Assembly (NCBI RefSeq): GCF_032118995.1
Contig: NC_092661.1
Span: 19,590,621-19,654,620 of the forward strand
Reading direction: 5' to 3'
Length of the DNA stretch: 64,000 bases
Origin: Asterias amurensis
Lineage: Eukaryota
In this document: in pieces, positions 1 through 11,742 of the stretch
Position numbering within the stretch: position 1 is the stretch's first letter
Layout of the letters: each line of letters opens with the position of its first letter
Made by a program: the position numbers and the translations under genes
Notes under the pieces: generated by a model
The model's input: the letters and a program-made list of their open reading frames with translations, nothing else
The model's database searches: none
Told to the model about the DNA's origin: nothing

Positions 1-3000
1 TGGAGGGTATACAGTTGATGATCTGAGACATATCAAGTGATAAGGATGCACCAGTGCTGCTGGACCCATTAGAGGCACCATAGATATCACTATCGTCACT
101 CTCTGCTGGACCGTCACTATCACTGGGGGGTATGCATTTCCTCTGACCTGGTGTGATATAAGACAGTGAGTCAGTACCTCCGCTGTTGATGATCTCATCA
201 TCTGATGACAGTTTTTCATCCTTAAATTGAAGAGAGTGATCAGACCTTTCAGAACGTGTGTCTTTCAGATCATCAGGCTTAGTGTGAGTGCTACTCATGA
301 TATCATGAAGAGCTGTAGTTGGTTGACTTTCATCATCTGATGAAATTTCCTCATACTTCATTTGAGGAGAATAAACGTGAGGGCAAGACAACATGGATGA
401 TGATTCTTCAGGAGAAAACCTTTTGCAAGATACTTCTGATTCAGACTGACTATTAGCATCTTCATCTTGGTGACTGTCCTTCATCTTCTTAGAGAAACTC
501 TCATCATCTGATGACCTTTCTCCATATTTTGTTTTATTGCTCGACAGTGAAATAACTTCTATTGCAGATTCCTCTGATCGTTTACTAGGTGATTCTCTCA
601 AACCGTCTGACTTTAAACTATAACTACCGACATTCTCTGCATAAAGCTTCTGTGTCTCTCGAGTGATGTTTTCCTTAGGATTGTCCTTTTGAGACACACT
701 TTGTGTAGGAGCAGGAGAAGGGCTTAAGGACGTACATGTATCTGTGCCAGTATCTACTATGAGTGGCGGAGTTAAGACATCTTCTATGCTTGTAGAAACA
801 CTGCTTTCAAGATCCATATCACCAGCCAATGTGCTTAGAAATCTCTGAGCTGATGGTAAGTTTGATGATGGTGCATCTAAAAAGTCACTTTGTGTATCAT
901 CAAGTAGAACTTGACTTAGATCTTCAGATTCATAGTTGGTAGTTTTCTCTTTGTGGCTTGCAATGTTACAAGTAGAGGCGGTAGAAATACTGCTATCGAG
1001 ATTCGCATCACCACCCAACATGCTGAGAAAATTCTGACCTGATGACAAATTTGACGATGATGCATCTTCTAGTGCACCTTGTGTATTGAGAAGCAGGACA
1101 GACTGACTTAGATTGTTAGATTCAGAGTTGCTTGTTTTCTCTATGTGGCTGGCAAAGTTACAAGTAGAGGCTGTTTTCCCATCATCTCTAGACCTGTTAC
1201 ATATATCTCTTGATTTTTGAGATGTTTTTCTTTTAGGGAACTTGTCTGAGAGTGAAAACTTGAACAAAGATTGGACTGAGGTGGTGCTCTCTGCATCCGC
1301 ACTTATATCAGCATCATCTTGCTGTGTGTGATTACTTGATTGATCATCACTTTGGCTGGATTCATCTTCACTTTCAAAATAGCGTTTTGATTTGGCAACA
1401 TTGGTTTCATCCATCGATAGAGTAGCATTTGTTGTCTTGTCATGAACACCACCAACCTCAGAGTCACCAAAACTACTTTTGTGTTTTGCCTCGTTGAACT
1501 GTCTACTTGTGATTCCTGTCACATTGTCTATTCTTAATAATCCAGTATTGCACATTTGTTCCGACAGTGAACCATTTCCGTTTCTAGAGGTATCAACATT
1601 TATCAGCTGCATATTTGTCCCATTCTCTCCTTCTTGCCGGGAATTCTCATCTTCGCTCGTTGAGCCAGAGAATCTGTTCCCCAATGTCTCCATTTTATTG
1701 CTAAGGTTGTGACCCATCCTGTTTGACCTTTCTCCATTCTCACGCCTCTGATTTTGAGTGAGATTCTGTTGGAACCCTTCTCTCATACTTGAAAATAATT
1801 GTCCACCTTCTTCACTTGGTGACCAGCATCTTGGAGGAGAGCCTTCTTTCTTTGTTTTACGTGGTGAGAAGTATCCCAAGTTCCACATTGCATCCCGATA
1901 TAAAGTAGCTTCTGAGTTGGTGTCTTGGTAACTGGTAAAATGACCATTGACTGCAGGTTGATAATCTGAAGCCCTCGGACATGACCCATTATGTGGTTCA
2001 CTCAGTGAGACATTGCTATGCGTGTCCTCATTGATTCTTGGACTTGCTGTAGTGGTCCTGTAGGTAATAGGTCCATACATTGAGCCATGAGTTGTAGAAA
2101 CAATAGACTGGTTTAGGTTTTGGACTTGTTGCCTTTCAGTTGTATCTGTTTTAGATGGGCTGTTTATACTTCTACCATTATGCAGCATGGAGTCAACAGT
2201 AAAAGACAATTGAGGCTTAGGTCTTGAGGGACTACTCTTTTTGTCTTCCTTCTTTGCAGAATGAGATCCTGATTTTAACAGTTTAGATTTCTTGTTTTTG
2301 CTTCCAGGGGGTCGCCCTCTTTTTTTCTGAGGGCTCCATGGAAATCCTTTTCCAGCTTCAGTTGTTATGTGACTTGATTCAGTGACACTTCCAGCTTGCT
2401 TTAGCTCAGACATTGAGTCAACTGCAGTGTTTGCAAAAGCAGAATCTACTACCTCCTCTTCATCAGACCAACACAAAATGTCAAAACCAACATCTGGAAA
2501 GTCACCATCATCATAACTGATTCTTTCCCTCTTGCGAAAGCCGTATGACTTATCTAGAAGTTTCTCATGGTTGGTCTCATCCATACTTCGTTTTCGTTTG
2601 TTGCTCTGACACTTTTGGCTGCCTTTATTTTTTGCCCAATCATCACTGTTACCGCTTCCATGCCGTTTCTTTATCCCTGTACTTTTCTTCTTAGACTGAT
2701 AGATGGTTCTAGGAGGGCTGGTATTGTTGCTTGGGCTGGGTGTTGATTGCATGCTAGTTGACTGAACATCACTTTGCTTTATGCTCCTGCTAAAGCTTGG
2801 AGAGCTTTCTAATATAGATGAAGTCAAACTGCTCTCAGCTGTTGAGGTAACTATTTTGGGGTCAGTGTTTTCTGCTGTAGATTCTCCCTTCAGTGTGGAC
2901 CCTTGTGTTGATTCATTCATCATTTGTTCGCTTGACAAGCCCAGTTTGTCAAATGTTTGAGACAGCATTTCATACGTCTTGTCATCTCTAGGTTTGTGAT

Positions 3001-4347
3001 GTTTGACTTTTGAGACACTACGGCTCAATTTATTTTTCTTAATTGACAGTTTTAAAGTTTTTGTGTATTTCTGTTGAAGAATAGCCTTTGTCTTAGTAAG
3101 ATGGCTTGATTTTTTGGTGTACTGTCTTACAAAGAGATCGTCTGTGTGTTTCACTTTCTCCAGGATGGGCATTTCTTGATGACTAAGGTCTTCAGACTGA
3201 ACAGTTAACAATGAGCTTGGCTTCAACTGTGTGTGCTTACTGATGGATTCCAAACATGGTGGCTCCATGGCCAAGTCTAATGACTTGTTAGTTTCATCCA
3301 TTAGTGAAGCTTTCTCTTCTCTCACCTTGTCATTTCTTTCTTGAACCTGCTTTTGTTTAACACCAGTGCATCCGTCCATACTTGGAGTTGAAGACTCTTT
3401 CTCTTTATACTTGGCTACTTTCATAATCCGACTCATCCAGAATTGTTCATCCATGAATCGCTTTGGTGGCTTAATCTTCCTTGAGAAGCTGCTTCGTCTT
3501 CCAGGATGAGCTTTGAGATTATCCTTCCTGATGCGTTCTAATTGCTTACGTGGCAGACTAGTTCCTGAAAAGCTAATCTTCCCCTTTGCGTCAGTCTCTA
3601 TTGGGCACTTGATGAGCATTACAACTGGGTTCCACATGGGGTCTTGTTTAACCTTATCTAGAGAAAGCTTACAAACACTTTCCAGCTCTTTGCACACTTT
3701 GAGGCGGAATTCCTTTGAAGTTGATGGAACCTTTTCCAATTCCTTGTCCGTGTTTGGTGGATGTGATGAGCCTTCTAATGAATATCTGTTTTCATCTGAT
3801 GAATGAGATATGACACTTGTTGATGCCATGGCAGGTACTGATTGGTTTTGGCATGCTGGAGTTGTGGTAAGGCTGTTGAATGAAGGCAAAGTTGCGGATA
3901 GTTTTTTTTCTGGAACGGTTTCCAATGATCCTGGCTTTGCTTGATGTGTTAGACTAAGCGACTTTTGAATAGCTTGAGTTTGATTCCCAATCATTTTATT
4001 TTGTTGACTGGACTTTGGCTTTTGATTTTGAGAATGTGGAGCCTTTCCCTGACAGCTAATCATTTTCACAACATGTGGTTTTGACTTGAACTCTATTTTC
4101 TTCTTGATAGAGCTGTCGGAATTCTTGACTTTTGCAAAGATGGCTTTCTGTAGGTCTATATTGGCTTGATCGCTGGAAATGTTCTGTGTAGCTTTAACAG
4201 GGCTCGTCATTATCAATCTTTTGTGGCTGGATGGACCGCTCTGAGCAGCAAACTCTGTCAGTTTACCCAGCAGAGTAGGAGGTAACTTTGGGGAAAGGTT
4301 GGGGGCTTTTCTTCTCACTCCAAGTGTTTTCTTCTTACTTGGATGTG
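1..4347 (-). CDS. REV3L: REV3L giant central exon (open at least 1448 codons; runs off the window at position 1)
   Basis: Acceptor tttttatttacag|CACATCCAAG. Hand translation of the minus strand shows no stop across about 4.3 kb. The product is Ser/Asp/Lys-rich and disordered, with an AT-hook (KKRGRPPGSKNK, plus-strand coordinates about 2296-2330) and repeated SSDDE casein-kinase-like motifs. Vertebrate REV3L has a comparable exon of about 4 kb. The ORF track omits it, probably because it never reaches a stop inside the window. Confidence 0.8.
780..1170 (-). repeat. in-frame tandem duplication (about 190 bp / about 63 aa, two copies) inside the REV3L giant exon
   Basis: The peptide copies are ASTCNFASHIEKTSNSESNNLSQSVLLLNTQGALEDASSSNLSSGQNFLSMLGGDANLDSSIST and ASTCNIASHKEKTTNYESEDLSQVLLDDTQSDFLDAPSSNLPSAQRFLSTLAGDMDLESSVST. 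Confidence 0.7.
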
Positions 4348-4650
4348 CTGTAAATAAAAATAAAAAAAATAAAAAAATCAAAGTACATTTGTAAAAATGA
4401 AACTTAAAAAATTTAACATTCCAGTCAAAGATAAATTTGATTTGTATCGAACGGAAGACATGAAGCAAATTCAAATACATTAAAAGTGAGGAAAAAAAAT
4501 CAGAACACAACACCATTGGATGCAGAAGATTTGCAGAGAACAGATGCTTTTAACTTGATTTAAAACGGTCGAGTGATCTGATGTTGAATTATTCCCCTGT
4601 GAATGTTTGATCATTCTTAAGAACAAGTAATATGGTAAATATGAGTTTAC

Positions 4651-4745
4651 CTGGTTTGTCATCTGAGCTGCCATCTAACTGTGGAATAATAACCTGGCTG
4701 CCCTGAGTATTGTCTTCACTAGATGATACATCATGAGTTGTTTGG
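4651..4745 (-). CDS. REV3L: REV3L coding exon 13
   Basis: Acceptor ttttattcag|CCAAACAAC, donor AAACCAG|gtaaac. Encodes (S)QTTHDVSSSEDNTQGSQVIIPQLDGSSDDKP. Confidence 0.65.
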
Positions 4746-5294
4746 CTGAATAAAAGATGGATATCATATTGTTAGCCAGGCTACCTTAACCATCAGTAGC
4801 ACAAGAGACATTTTTTCTACTAGCGCCTTACTATACCTATAAATGAATGTAACCTTACTATTACAGAATGTGACAAATTGAATCGTGAATGTTTTTCCCT
4901 CTTTGCGATTGCTTGTGGAATCTGTCTCCATATCAAGCTTGAGTGTAAGTATAATGCCACAACAACATGAAGATTTTAACTACTTTTAACCCGAGAGTTG
5001 ACAACCGTTCCACAATTTGTTTCAGTAACCTCGGAAACATGGCAAAAGCATTCCGCACTAATGCTTAAAATAGAAGTTAAGTACCCAGATCAAATTTAAC
5101 TAGCGGGCGTCTACAGCCAAATTGTATCTTACTCGCAACTAACTACACTACTAGTGCAGTTTGGCGTGTCGATGACGGAGTGATCGCGTAGGTGGTGTGC
5201 CATGTTTGTCTAACAGCTGGTTATTTTAACAGAAGTGATGTCAGTAGTGTGGGGTGCTATTGAGGCAATTTATCCATTGATTGTCTTGGTGTAC

Positions 5295-5496
5295 CTTAGT
5301 TGAGTAGGTGTCTCATCATCATCATCATCGTCTCCATCCCAAACTTGAGACATCTCTAAGGATTCCTTCACATCCTCATCTACACATCCTTCCTTTTCAT
5401 CCTCCGTCTGCTGACTAGAGAGAATACTTCCATCTTCAGCAGTCTCTTTACCTTGAGCTAAGTCTACAAGAAGCTGAACCATCTCTCCATCTTCAT
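5295..5496 (-). CDS. REV3L: REV3L coding exon 12 (contains a coding GAT repeat giving Asp6)
   Basis: Acceptor tttatcag|ATGAAGATGG, donor CAACTAAG|gtacac. Encodes (D)EDGEMVQLLVDLAQGKETAEDGSILSSQQTEDEKEGCVDEDVKESLEMSQVWDGDDDDDDETPTQL. Confidence 0.65.
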
Positions 5497-6025
5497 CTGA
5501 TAAATAACAAACGCATTCAAGTACTCAGAATTGCTGTTTATTGTTCAAATGGAATTTATGTATGAGTGAAGGTACAGGGGCTGATTTCACATAGAGCTGA
5601 TATTGATCTTACTTGTAAATAAATCGCTGTTGCTAAGTAAAGTGTGATGTCACAATACAAATCACTATTGTGATACTGATAAATTGTCTTACGATGGATT
5701 TTATTACTTTGTGAAATCAAGCCCTAGGTACTGCGTAAGGTATTTTTCAGAGAGCATCACGTCACAATATTCAAGTTCCTGCCGATGAGTCTACACAAAC
5801 ATTTTAAAACTAAGATTCAATTAGTCAAATTCTCTCTACTTGGTTCAAATCAATTACTTCAAGACCCTGGCTTTGACCTCAAAAGGAATTAAGAATGAAC
5901 AGGTCATAGACACTGCTGACACTCGTCAAAATAGACTGTTTATCAATCACATTTTGAAATCTTACATTAGAATCCCAGGTATTCACAGAAGTTAAACTAC
6001 TTGCACAGGGTCTGAGTAATCTTAC

Positions 6026-6139
6026 CTGCCATTTGAGAGAATTGACCGCTATGCTGAGATGCTTCAACCAGTGACTGTACTAATTCCTCATCAATGATTG
6101 GCTGTGAATCTTCTGGTGTCACAATGGAGCTCTCATCTC
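6026..6139 (-). CDS. REV3L: REV3L coding exon 11
   Basis: Acceptor ttcatgttcag|GAGATGAG, donor ATGGCAG|gtaag. Encodes (G)DESSIVTPEDSQPIIDEELVQSLVEASQHSGQFSQMA. Confidence 0.65.
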
Positions 6140-6751
6140 CTGAACATGAATTAAAACAAACGAACCCAGACTTGACAATTTGACAACCGAATGAAGAAAA
6201 GTATGCAACTAAAAAATTTTATGATTAAGGCCACACCTTAGCCAAACTGCCAAGTCTGTGAGGGTATTAATATAATGTTCATAAAAAGGAAGGCGGCCGG
6301 TACTACATGTACTACTTTCACATATGCAGGGGTTAGAGTCATTACTAACGAAAAAGTCTGAAACTTGGAAACAAATTCAAAGGTCTGTTGAAATAATGCC
6401 ATTTCTACCTTTGTGTAACCCCTGGGGTTATAGATTCCAAGGAGCTTTTGGAAACAGTATCCAAAGCACTAGAGAAGTAGACCAATGAGCAGGATTTCTT
6501 TAATTGTGGGAAAAAATATTGTCTGATTTTCTTCACCAGGCCGACATAAAAAGTCTGAATTCAGCCAAAAGTCTGAACAATCTCATCCCTGCATATGGGA
6601 TAAAAGGGACTTTTTATTATTAACTAAACTGCCTCAGAGTAAATTCTTAATATTGGTCCCAACGTTTCATCTAGTTAGCTCTACTTGAAACTAGGAGACG
6701 TTGAAACTAGTTGAAACTGGGAGATGTTAGGAGACTGTACAATCATCATAC

Positions 6752-6873
6752 CTGCATATTGGGAATCATGTTGAATGATTTGACTAGCAGTCAGTAATGG
6801 CTCTGCCATGGTGTCATGAAGCTCACTATCATCTTCGTCTTTGTCTTCTTCATCTTCTCCAACCATTGCTCTC
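6752..6873 (-). CDS. REV3L: REV3L coding exon 10
   Basis: Acceptor tttattag|GAGAGCAATGG, donor ATGCAG|gtatga. Encodes (L)RAMVGEDEEDKDEDDSELHDTMAEPLLTASQIIQHDSQYA. Confidence 0.65.
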
Positions 6874-7514
6874 CTAATAAACAAACATTGAATACCACAA
6901 CTCAACAACTAAACCAGTCAAAAGTAATGCAAGCCTATAGTATATGACAATAATTTAATAATGGCTTTTGTTATAACGCACAGACCCATCTTTCAGTGAT
7001 GCTTATGGCGCTCTAACATTACTAACCCTGCCCACTGGGCCATATATTTCACAAACAATTTCAGCTCCCTTGTGAGTGTACTAACTGTGCTGCCAAATAT
7101 GTAGCGCACAAAACTAAATCAATCACAAGAACCATCTCTGCCCTCACAAGTACCCATAAGGGTGAAGAGAAGCTCATAGTTAAGCCTCTTGATTAATGAC
7201 ACTAGATTCGGGATTCATGACCGGGATTCAAACCCATACGTGTACCCTAATAACTGAACCACCAGAATGCAAGTTCGATGCTCCAATGAAAAGGTTCTGC
7301 CAGAAACCTGCCTTTATTTATCTACCCTTCTCAATCAGTGCACATACTTTTAAATCAAAATTATTTGCAATTCATTTCATCTAATTGAGTCATTATGAAC
7401 ATGTGATGGTACACCTCTAAACCCACTGCAGTTTCAATGAACCATCTTTGAATTTATCTTTCAATTTGTGACACATTTGTGAGAACATCTACACAGTCTG
7501 GTACCTGTACTTAC

Positions 7515-7599
7515 AATTCACTGAGTTGCTTGTCAATGATGTCACTTAGTCTGGCCTTGCCATGCAGTTCACTGTCTGTGTCCTCTATTACCCCACGTT
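7515..7599 (-). CDS. REV3L: REV3L coding exon 9
   Basis: Acceptor ttttttgacag|AACGTGG, donor TGAATT|gtaagt. Encodes (E)RGVIEDTDSELHGKARLSDIIDKQLSE. Confidence 0.65.
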
Positions 7600-8059
7600 C
7601 TGTCAAAAAAAGTAACGTCATATGTCAAATATGTTGATTAAACAATGGCTGGGCCGAAGGAATGGAACAAATTACCCAAACTCATCAGGGAATCATCTTC
7701 AACTGCCATTTTCAAAACAAAACTCAAAACCTACTTCTTCAGTCAGCCTCGTCATTAATCCTTTGTTGTTTTGTTTTTCTCTCCGTTCTCGCTTTGTTCT
7801 TGTTTTATTCATTGTTCAGCGCTTTGATCTGTGTTAAAAGCGCTTTGATCCGTGTTAAAAGCGCTATATAAATACCTATATTATTATTTCTATTATAAAA
7901 CAATCTTTGAATTTCTTTTAATTTGTTTTCTCTTTCTTAAAAGTACATTTCAAATTAAGCTGAACCTTTGAGTTTTAGGTCTTTTTAGAATCTTAAGATG
8001 AGGATCATAGCATTGATGCCATTACAGGAAGCACTTTGACTGTTAATTACAAACCTTAC

Positions 8060-8164
8060 CTGGTGAAGATGGTGGGTGGAGGTCATCCATTTGACCTTTG
8101 ACCTCTCTCCTCTCCCTCTCATCATTATAAATAGCAAGGAGTCCAGGGTTCATTTCAGTATTTC
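8060..8164 (-). CDS. REV3L: REV3L coding exon 8
   Basis: Acceptor tttttag|GAAATAC, donor CACCAG|gtaagg. Encodes (G)NTEMNPGLLAIYNDERERREVKGQMDDLHPPSSP. Confidence 0.7.
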
Positions 8165-8257
8165 CTAAAAACAAAACCAAACAAGAACAAAACGCATTTG
8201 TTTTTTCTCCTTTCAAATATTTTGCATAAACAAACAAAACAACTAAACAATAATTAC

Positions 8258-8325
8258 CTTGTAATTCATGACGATTTAAGATATCCGTGGCAACAGCATC
8301 CACCTCTAGTTCACAGACACTCTGC
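8258..8325 (-). CDS. REV3L: REV3L coding exon 7; an alternative AG two nt upstream at 8327 is possible
   Basis: Acceptor ttcagag|GCAGAG, donor TTACAAG|gtaatt. Encodes (R)QSVCELEVDAVATDILNRHELQ, matching the conserved REV3L STCELEVDAVAADILNR block. Confidence 0.7.
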
Positions 8326-8793
8326 CTCTGAATGTCAGCATCAAGTAGTAAAGCACTTCAACAAAATGAGGACAAAAAACATGAAAGTCATTTCAAGTTT
8401 GCAGGCATATAAATTGGAAAGCTTCAACCATACTTGATAACTTGAAGGAGATATTTTCAGTATGTTTACATCATGAAACACAAGCAGATCTTAGTGTTCA
8501 TTTATCTACAATGTAAGTATGGGATTGTAATTAACCAATGTCATTTCACTGACTAGATTATTGACATCTGTGATATTCATCTACTGACCCAAATTCACCT
8601 TACATGATCACCATGATTAGTTGCTCCATCTTGAGAGTCAATGTTCCAGTGTGTCATAAAAAGTAATGTACATTTTAGGAGACGGTGTGTTTTCGCTTAC
8701 CAAAATGGCGAGTGTGGCAGACAGGAGCTGCGTCTACATTGGTGGAAAGGGTCAAACAATTGAAGTACATCTTTTGCAAACTGTGATACATAC

Positions 8794-8899
8794 CTTGTCA
8801 TGTTGTCCTTGTTCCATTTTTGTGAGCTGATAGAGTGGCTAGACTGGGCAGACCCGATGCTGATTGGCTGTGTATCTTGTGAGCGAACTTCACTATCCA
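8794..8899 (-). CDS. REV3L: REV3L coding exon 6
   Basis: Acceptor ccgaag|TGGATAG follows an in-frame stop. Donor GACAAG|gtatgt. Encodes (V)DSEVRSQDTQPISIGSAQSSHSISSQKWNKDNMT. Confidence 0.6.
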
Positions 8900-9168
8900 C
8901 TTCGGATCATAAACCAAACAAAATTACTTATTATTTGCTCCCAAGATGTTCATAAATGACACTGCATCATCAAGGACATTATGGAAGGTTTGTGGTAACA
9001 CCATGTAATGACTATCTCTGAATGAGTTGGGGTGGTTCTGAAAAGAACCATTGGTTTCAACTCGACGTTTGGTATGCTCTGATTTTCTTCTGGAGAAAGC
9101 TGGACTTTTTTTCAAGGACATTAAATGATGTAGGAGAATCACTCAGACATGATGGGATTCCAACTTAC

Positions 9169-9250
9169 CACTTTGTTCTTGACCGCAACGGAACTTGACT
9201 GCGGCTAGATGAATCAAATTCATCCCAAAGAGATTGTAATCGATCAAGAA
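9169..9250 (-). CDS. REV3L: REV3L coding exon 5
   Basis: Acceptor cattggcag|TTCTTGATCG, donor CAAAGTG|gtaagt. Encodes FLIDYNLFGMNLIHLAAVKFRCGQEQS. Confidence 0.75.
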
Positions 9251-9344
9251 CTGCCAATGAGAAATGAAAATTATCTTCAGTAAAGACCATTATTTAGGAA
9301 AAATACAGACTAGGGACTAAGTTCATATTACCAATCTTATTCAT

Positions 9345-9660
9345 GGATTCTGTTGATCCAAAATGTGTTGAGGCATCGCAGGTGCAAGACAAGTGGAACA
9401 CAAGACACATTCTTGGATGAAAAATATGGATTTCATAATGTGAGGTACAGTACACTATTTTGACCAAACAACTGTATCCCAGTTAGACTAGATATACAGT
9501 ATACTTGATCCAAAATGTGTTGAGGCATCGCAGGTGCAAGACAAGTGGAACACAAGACACATTCTTGGATGAAAAATATGGATTTCATAATGTGAGGTAC
9601 AGTACACTATTTTGACCAAACAACTGTATCCCAGTTAGACTAAACATACGGTATACTTCA
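9345..9660. repeat. tandem duplication of about 160 bp (2 copies) in REV3L intron 4
   Basis: tgatccaaaatgtgttgaggcatcgcaggtgcaagacaagtggaacacaagacacattcttggatgaaaaatatggatttcataatgtgaggtacagtacactattttgaccaaacaactgtatcccagttagacta occurs twice in tandem. Confidence 0.8.
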
Positions 9661-9767
9661 AATTTAGAACATTTGTATGAGCTTCAAACTACTACAATAT
9701 AAGAGTAGCTTATAGACTAATACCTTAAGGGTCAATACTAAGTGATTAAAAACAAAAGGCATCTTAC

Positions 9768-9849
9768 TTGCAGGATGTATGGAATGTGAGCTTCATGAGG
9801 TTGGAATACTTTGTTCATAACAGCACCACTCTGCAACAGCTCCACAGCC
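9768..9849 (-). CDS. REV3L: REV3L coding exon 4
   Basis: Acceptor aattgacag|GGCTGTGG, donor CTGCAA|gtaag. Encodes (R)AVELLQSGAVMNKVFQPHEAHIPYILQ. Confidence 0.75.
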
Positions 9850-10290
9850 CTGTCAATTAAATCAATTCAACATTCATGCTTTATGTCATCTTTAAACTTT
9901 GCTACTGTGTTAACATTTTCCAGTCAGTTGATCAACCATTTCAAACCAATTACATGGTACAATAGCACACATGTTAACCAAGTTATATGTAGGATTTGAA
10001 ACTTTGCATGGTGGAAATACGGTATAGAAATGTTTGCAGTAACACCATGTAATGACTATCACTAATGAGTTGGGGTGGTTCTGAAAAGAACCATTGGTTT
10101 CAACTCTCAAGTTATATGTAAAACTTATACATTGCATACATTTTGCAGAATGACATTTTTTTATATCATTCCAAACCCAGTGGATGATATTGAATGGTCA
10201 GACAATAGGTGGTTTGACTGATTGAGTAGATGCATTCAACACATGATATTTTGCAGGTTCAAGTGAGGTGTGCGTTAGCAACATGTGTAC

Positions 10291-10456
10291 ATCTCTTTTG
10301 AGTCGCCGCCCAACTACCAGTTAATCTCCAAAGCAATACTTAAGCAGCATCCAGCAACCTCCTAAAGACAATCAGAACATACTGATCGAAACATTGAGTT
10401 GTCATCCACCAGTTCTTCTCAGAACCAACTCTACTCAAAAGAGATTTACACATGGT
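10291..10456. mobile_element. small hairpin MITE (TIR catgtgtacatctcttttgagt...actcaaaagagatttacacatg) in REV3L intron 3
   Basis: 22-bp inverted termini read directly. The related motif aaaagagatattcacatggtgttactgcaaa appears in the 21769-21875 hairpin. Confidence 0.55.
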
Positions 10457-10630
10457 AGTTTGTCAATCAATCAAAATGACTGTGGATGACATTGAATAGT
10501 CAGACAGCAGGAGGGTTAATACTTGTTCCTCTCATAAAATCATGGCGGGCTTATAACTTAACTTCTTTCAAATTTTATCTTCATAAAACATGAACAGAAT
10601 TAATATTTATGACAAAATGTAATTACTCAC

Positions 10631-10705
10631 CTTTTCACCATAAATGGGTTATAGAAATAAACTTTGAGAAACCTCCTGGATCTACTGTGATATCCATACA
10701 TCGGC
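10631..10705 (-). CDS. REV3L: REV3L coding exon 3
   Basis: Acceptor cttcacag|GCCGATG, donor GTGAAAAG|gtgagt. Encodes PMYGYHSRSRRFLKVYFYNPFMVK. Confidence 0.75.
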
Positions 10706-11237
10706 CTGTGAAGTAAACAAAAACACTACTTTAGGTATTTATTTATAACAACTGTCTACAAAGGCTGTCATATTTTAGGAATTGTGTTTAGCTTAGCTGA
10801 TTGAGAGGTTATCTCAAAGATTTTTTTTTAAACAAACCGAAAATTGGCTCGCCCTATAATTTATATTTTATTCATAAAGACTTGGGACAGTTGAGAAGGG
10901 ATCACATGACACATGTTATGTGATATAAACAAATTGAGAAACGTTTAAACAGCGGTTTTAAACCTTGCAGGGTCGTGGCCGTGGGATAATGGACCAATCC
11001 GAGGTGCTTTATTGCAAGGCCATGACCCTGCCAGTTTTACATATATGGCTCTTTAACACCTTGTCGCCACTCTTTGTTCCCTCATTTAATCTTCCAACAC
11101 CTTGTCGCCACTCTTTGTTCCCTCATTAAATCTTCCAACAGGCAGACTGATGTAATAACTTATTTACTTCCCCTTGACCTTGAACCTCCTTGTAAAACTA
11201 GCAATAAAGAAAGGGATAAAATCTTCCTTCAACTTAC

Positions 11238-11427
11238 ACTGCTTGTACACATATGGCTTTGAACACATGATGTGTGTTACCAGACGCCTTTCCCATAGAC
11301 ACCTGTAATGCAAGATCTAGACTGGTGGCAAACTGAAGAAGTTCCTTGTCAGTAGTGAAGTCTTGAGGAGTACAACCAATGTAGATGTACGGGAACACAC
11401 CATGGATGTGCAGACATGTCTTTTGCC
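11238..11427 (-). CDS. REV3L: REV3L coding exon 2
   Basis: Acceptor ttcaag|GGCAAAAG, donor GCAGT|gtaagt. Encodes QKTCLHIHGVFPYIYIGCTPQDFTTDKELLQFATSLDLALQVSMGKASGNTHHVFKAICVQA. Confidence 0.8.
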
Positions 11428-11568
11428 CTTGAATTAGAAAAGAAGAACACTTAATAAGTCTCAACAGTCTTCATATGGATCTTTGGAATGTTATTAAGAA
11501 AGGAGATTATAGATGAAATGAAAACCTAAACATAAAAGTGCATTTATGTTAATTCTTTGACATCATAC

Positions 11569-11707
11569 CAGCTGGAGTTGCTCCAAATATACGGAGAACT
11601 GGAACCTGCTTGACCTCTGACCCTCGGAAATCAGAGAAAGCAACATCGAGGTCCCTGATTGGCTGACCCTGATAGTAGTTGACTGTCACGATCCGAACTG
11701 AAAACAT
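11569..11707 (-). CDS. REV3L: REV3L coding exon 1 (start codon 11707-11705); the exon may extend to an acceptor at 11757 with 5'UTR
   Basis: ATG in aaaaccATGttttcagtt. Encodes MFSVRIVTVNYYQGQPIRDLDVAFSDFRGSEVKQVPVLRIFGATPA(G). Donor CCAGCTG|gtatga. Confidence 0.8.
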
Positions 11708-11721
11708 GGTTTTGATGTTCT

Positions 11722-11742
11722 CTACTGCAAGGGTTGGCTCAT
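11722..11742 (-). other. uORF in the REV3L 5' leader (ATGAGCCAACCCTTGCAGTAG, MSQPLQ*), out of frame and ending 14 nt upstream of the main ATG
   Basis: Read directly on the minus strand between the acceptor at 11757 and the main ATG at 11707. Confidence 0.5.

Noticed and set aside
1479-3806. Plus- and minus-strand short ORFs inside 1-4347 (1479..1712, 1783..2001, 3513..3806)
   Set aside because: They are out-of-frame or antisense fragments within the REV3L giant exon. The real frame is the long stop-free minus-strand frame that the ORF track did not list.
8924-10137. Two minus-strand ORFs sharing the peptide RVETNGSFQNHPNS (8924..9142 and 9910..10137)
   Set aside because: The shared peptide is encoded by a repeated hairpin-MITE terminal block (gagttggggtggttctgaaaagaaccattggtttcaactc) present in two REV3L introns. 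It is not an exon.
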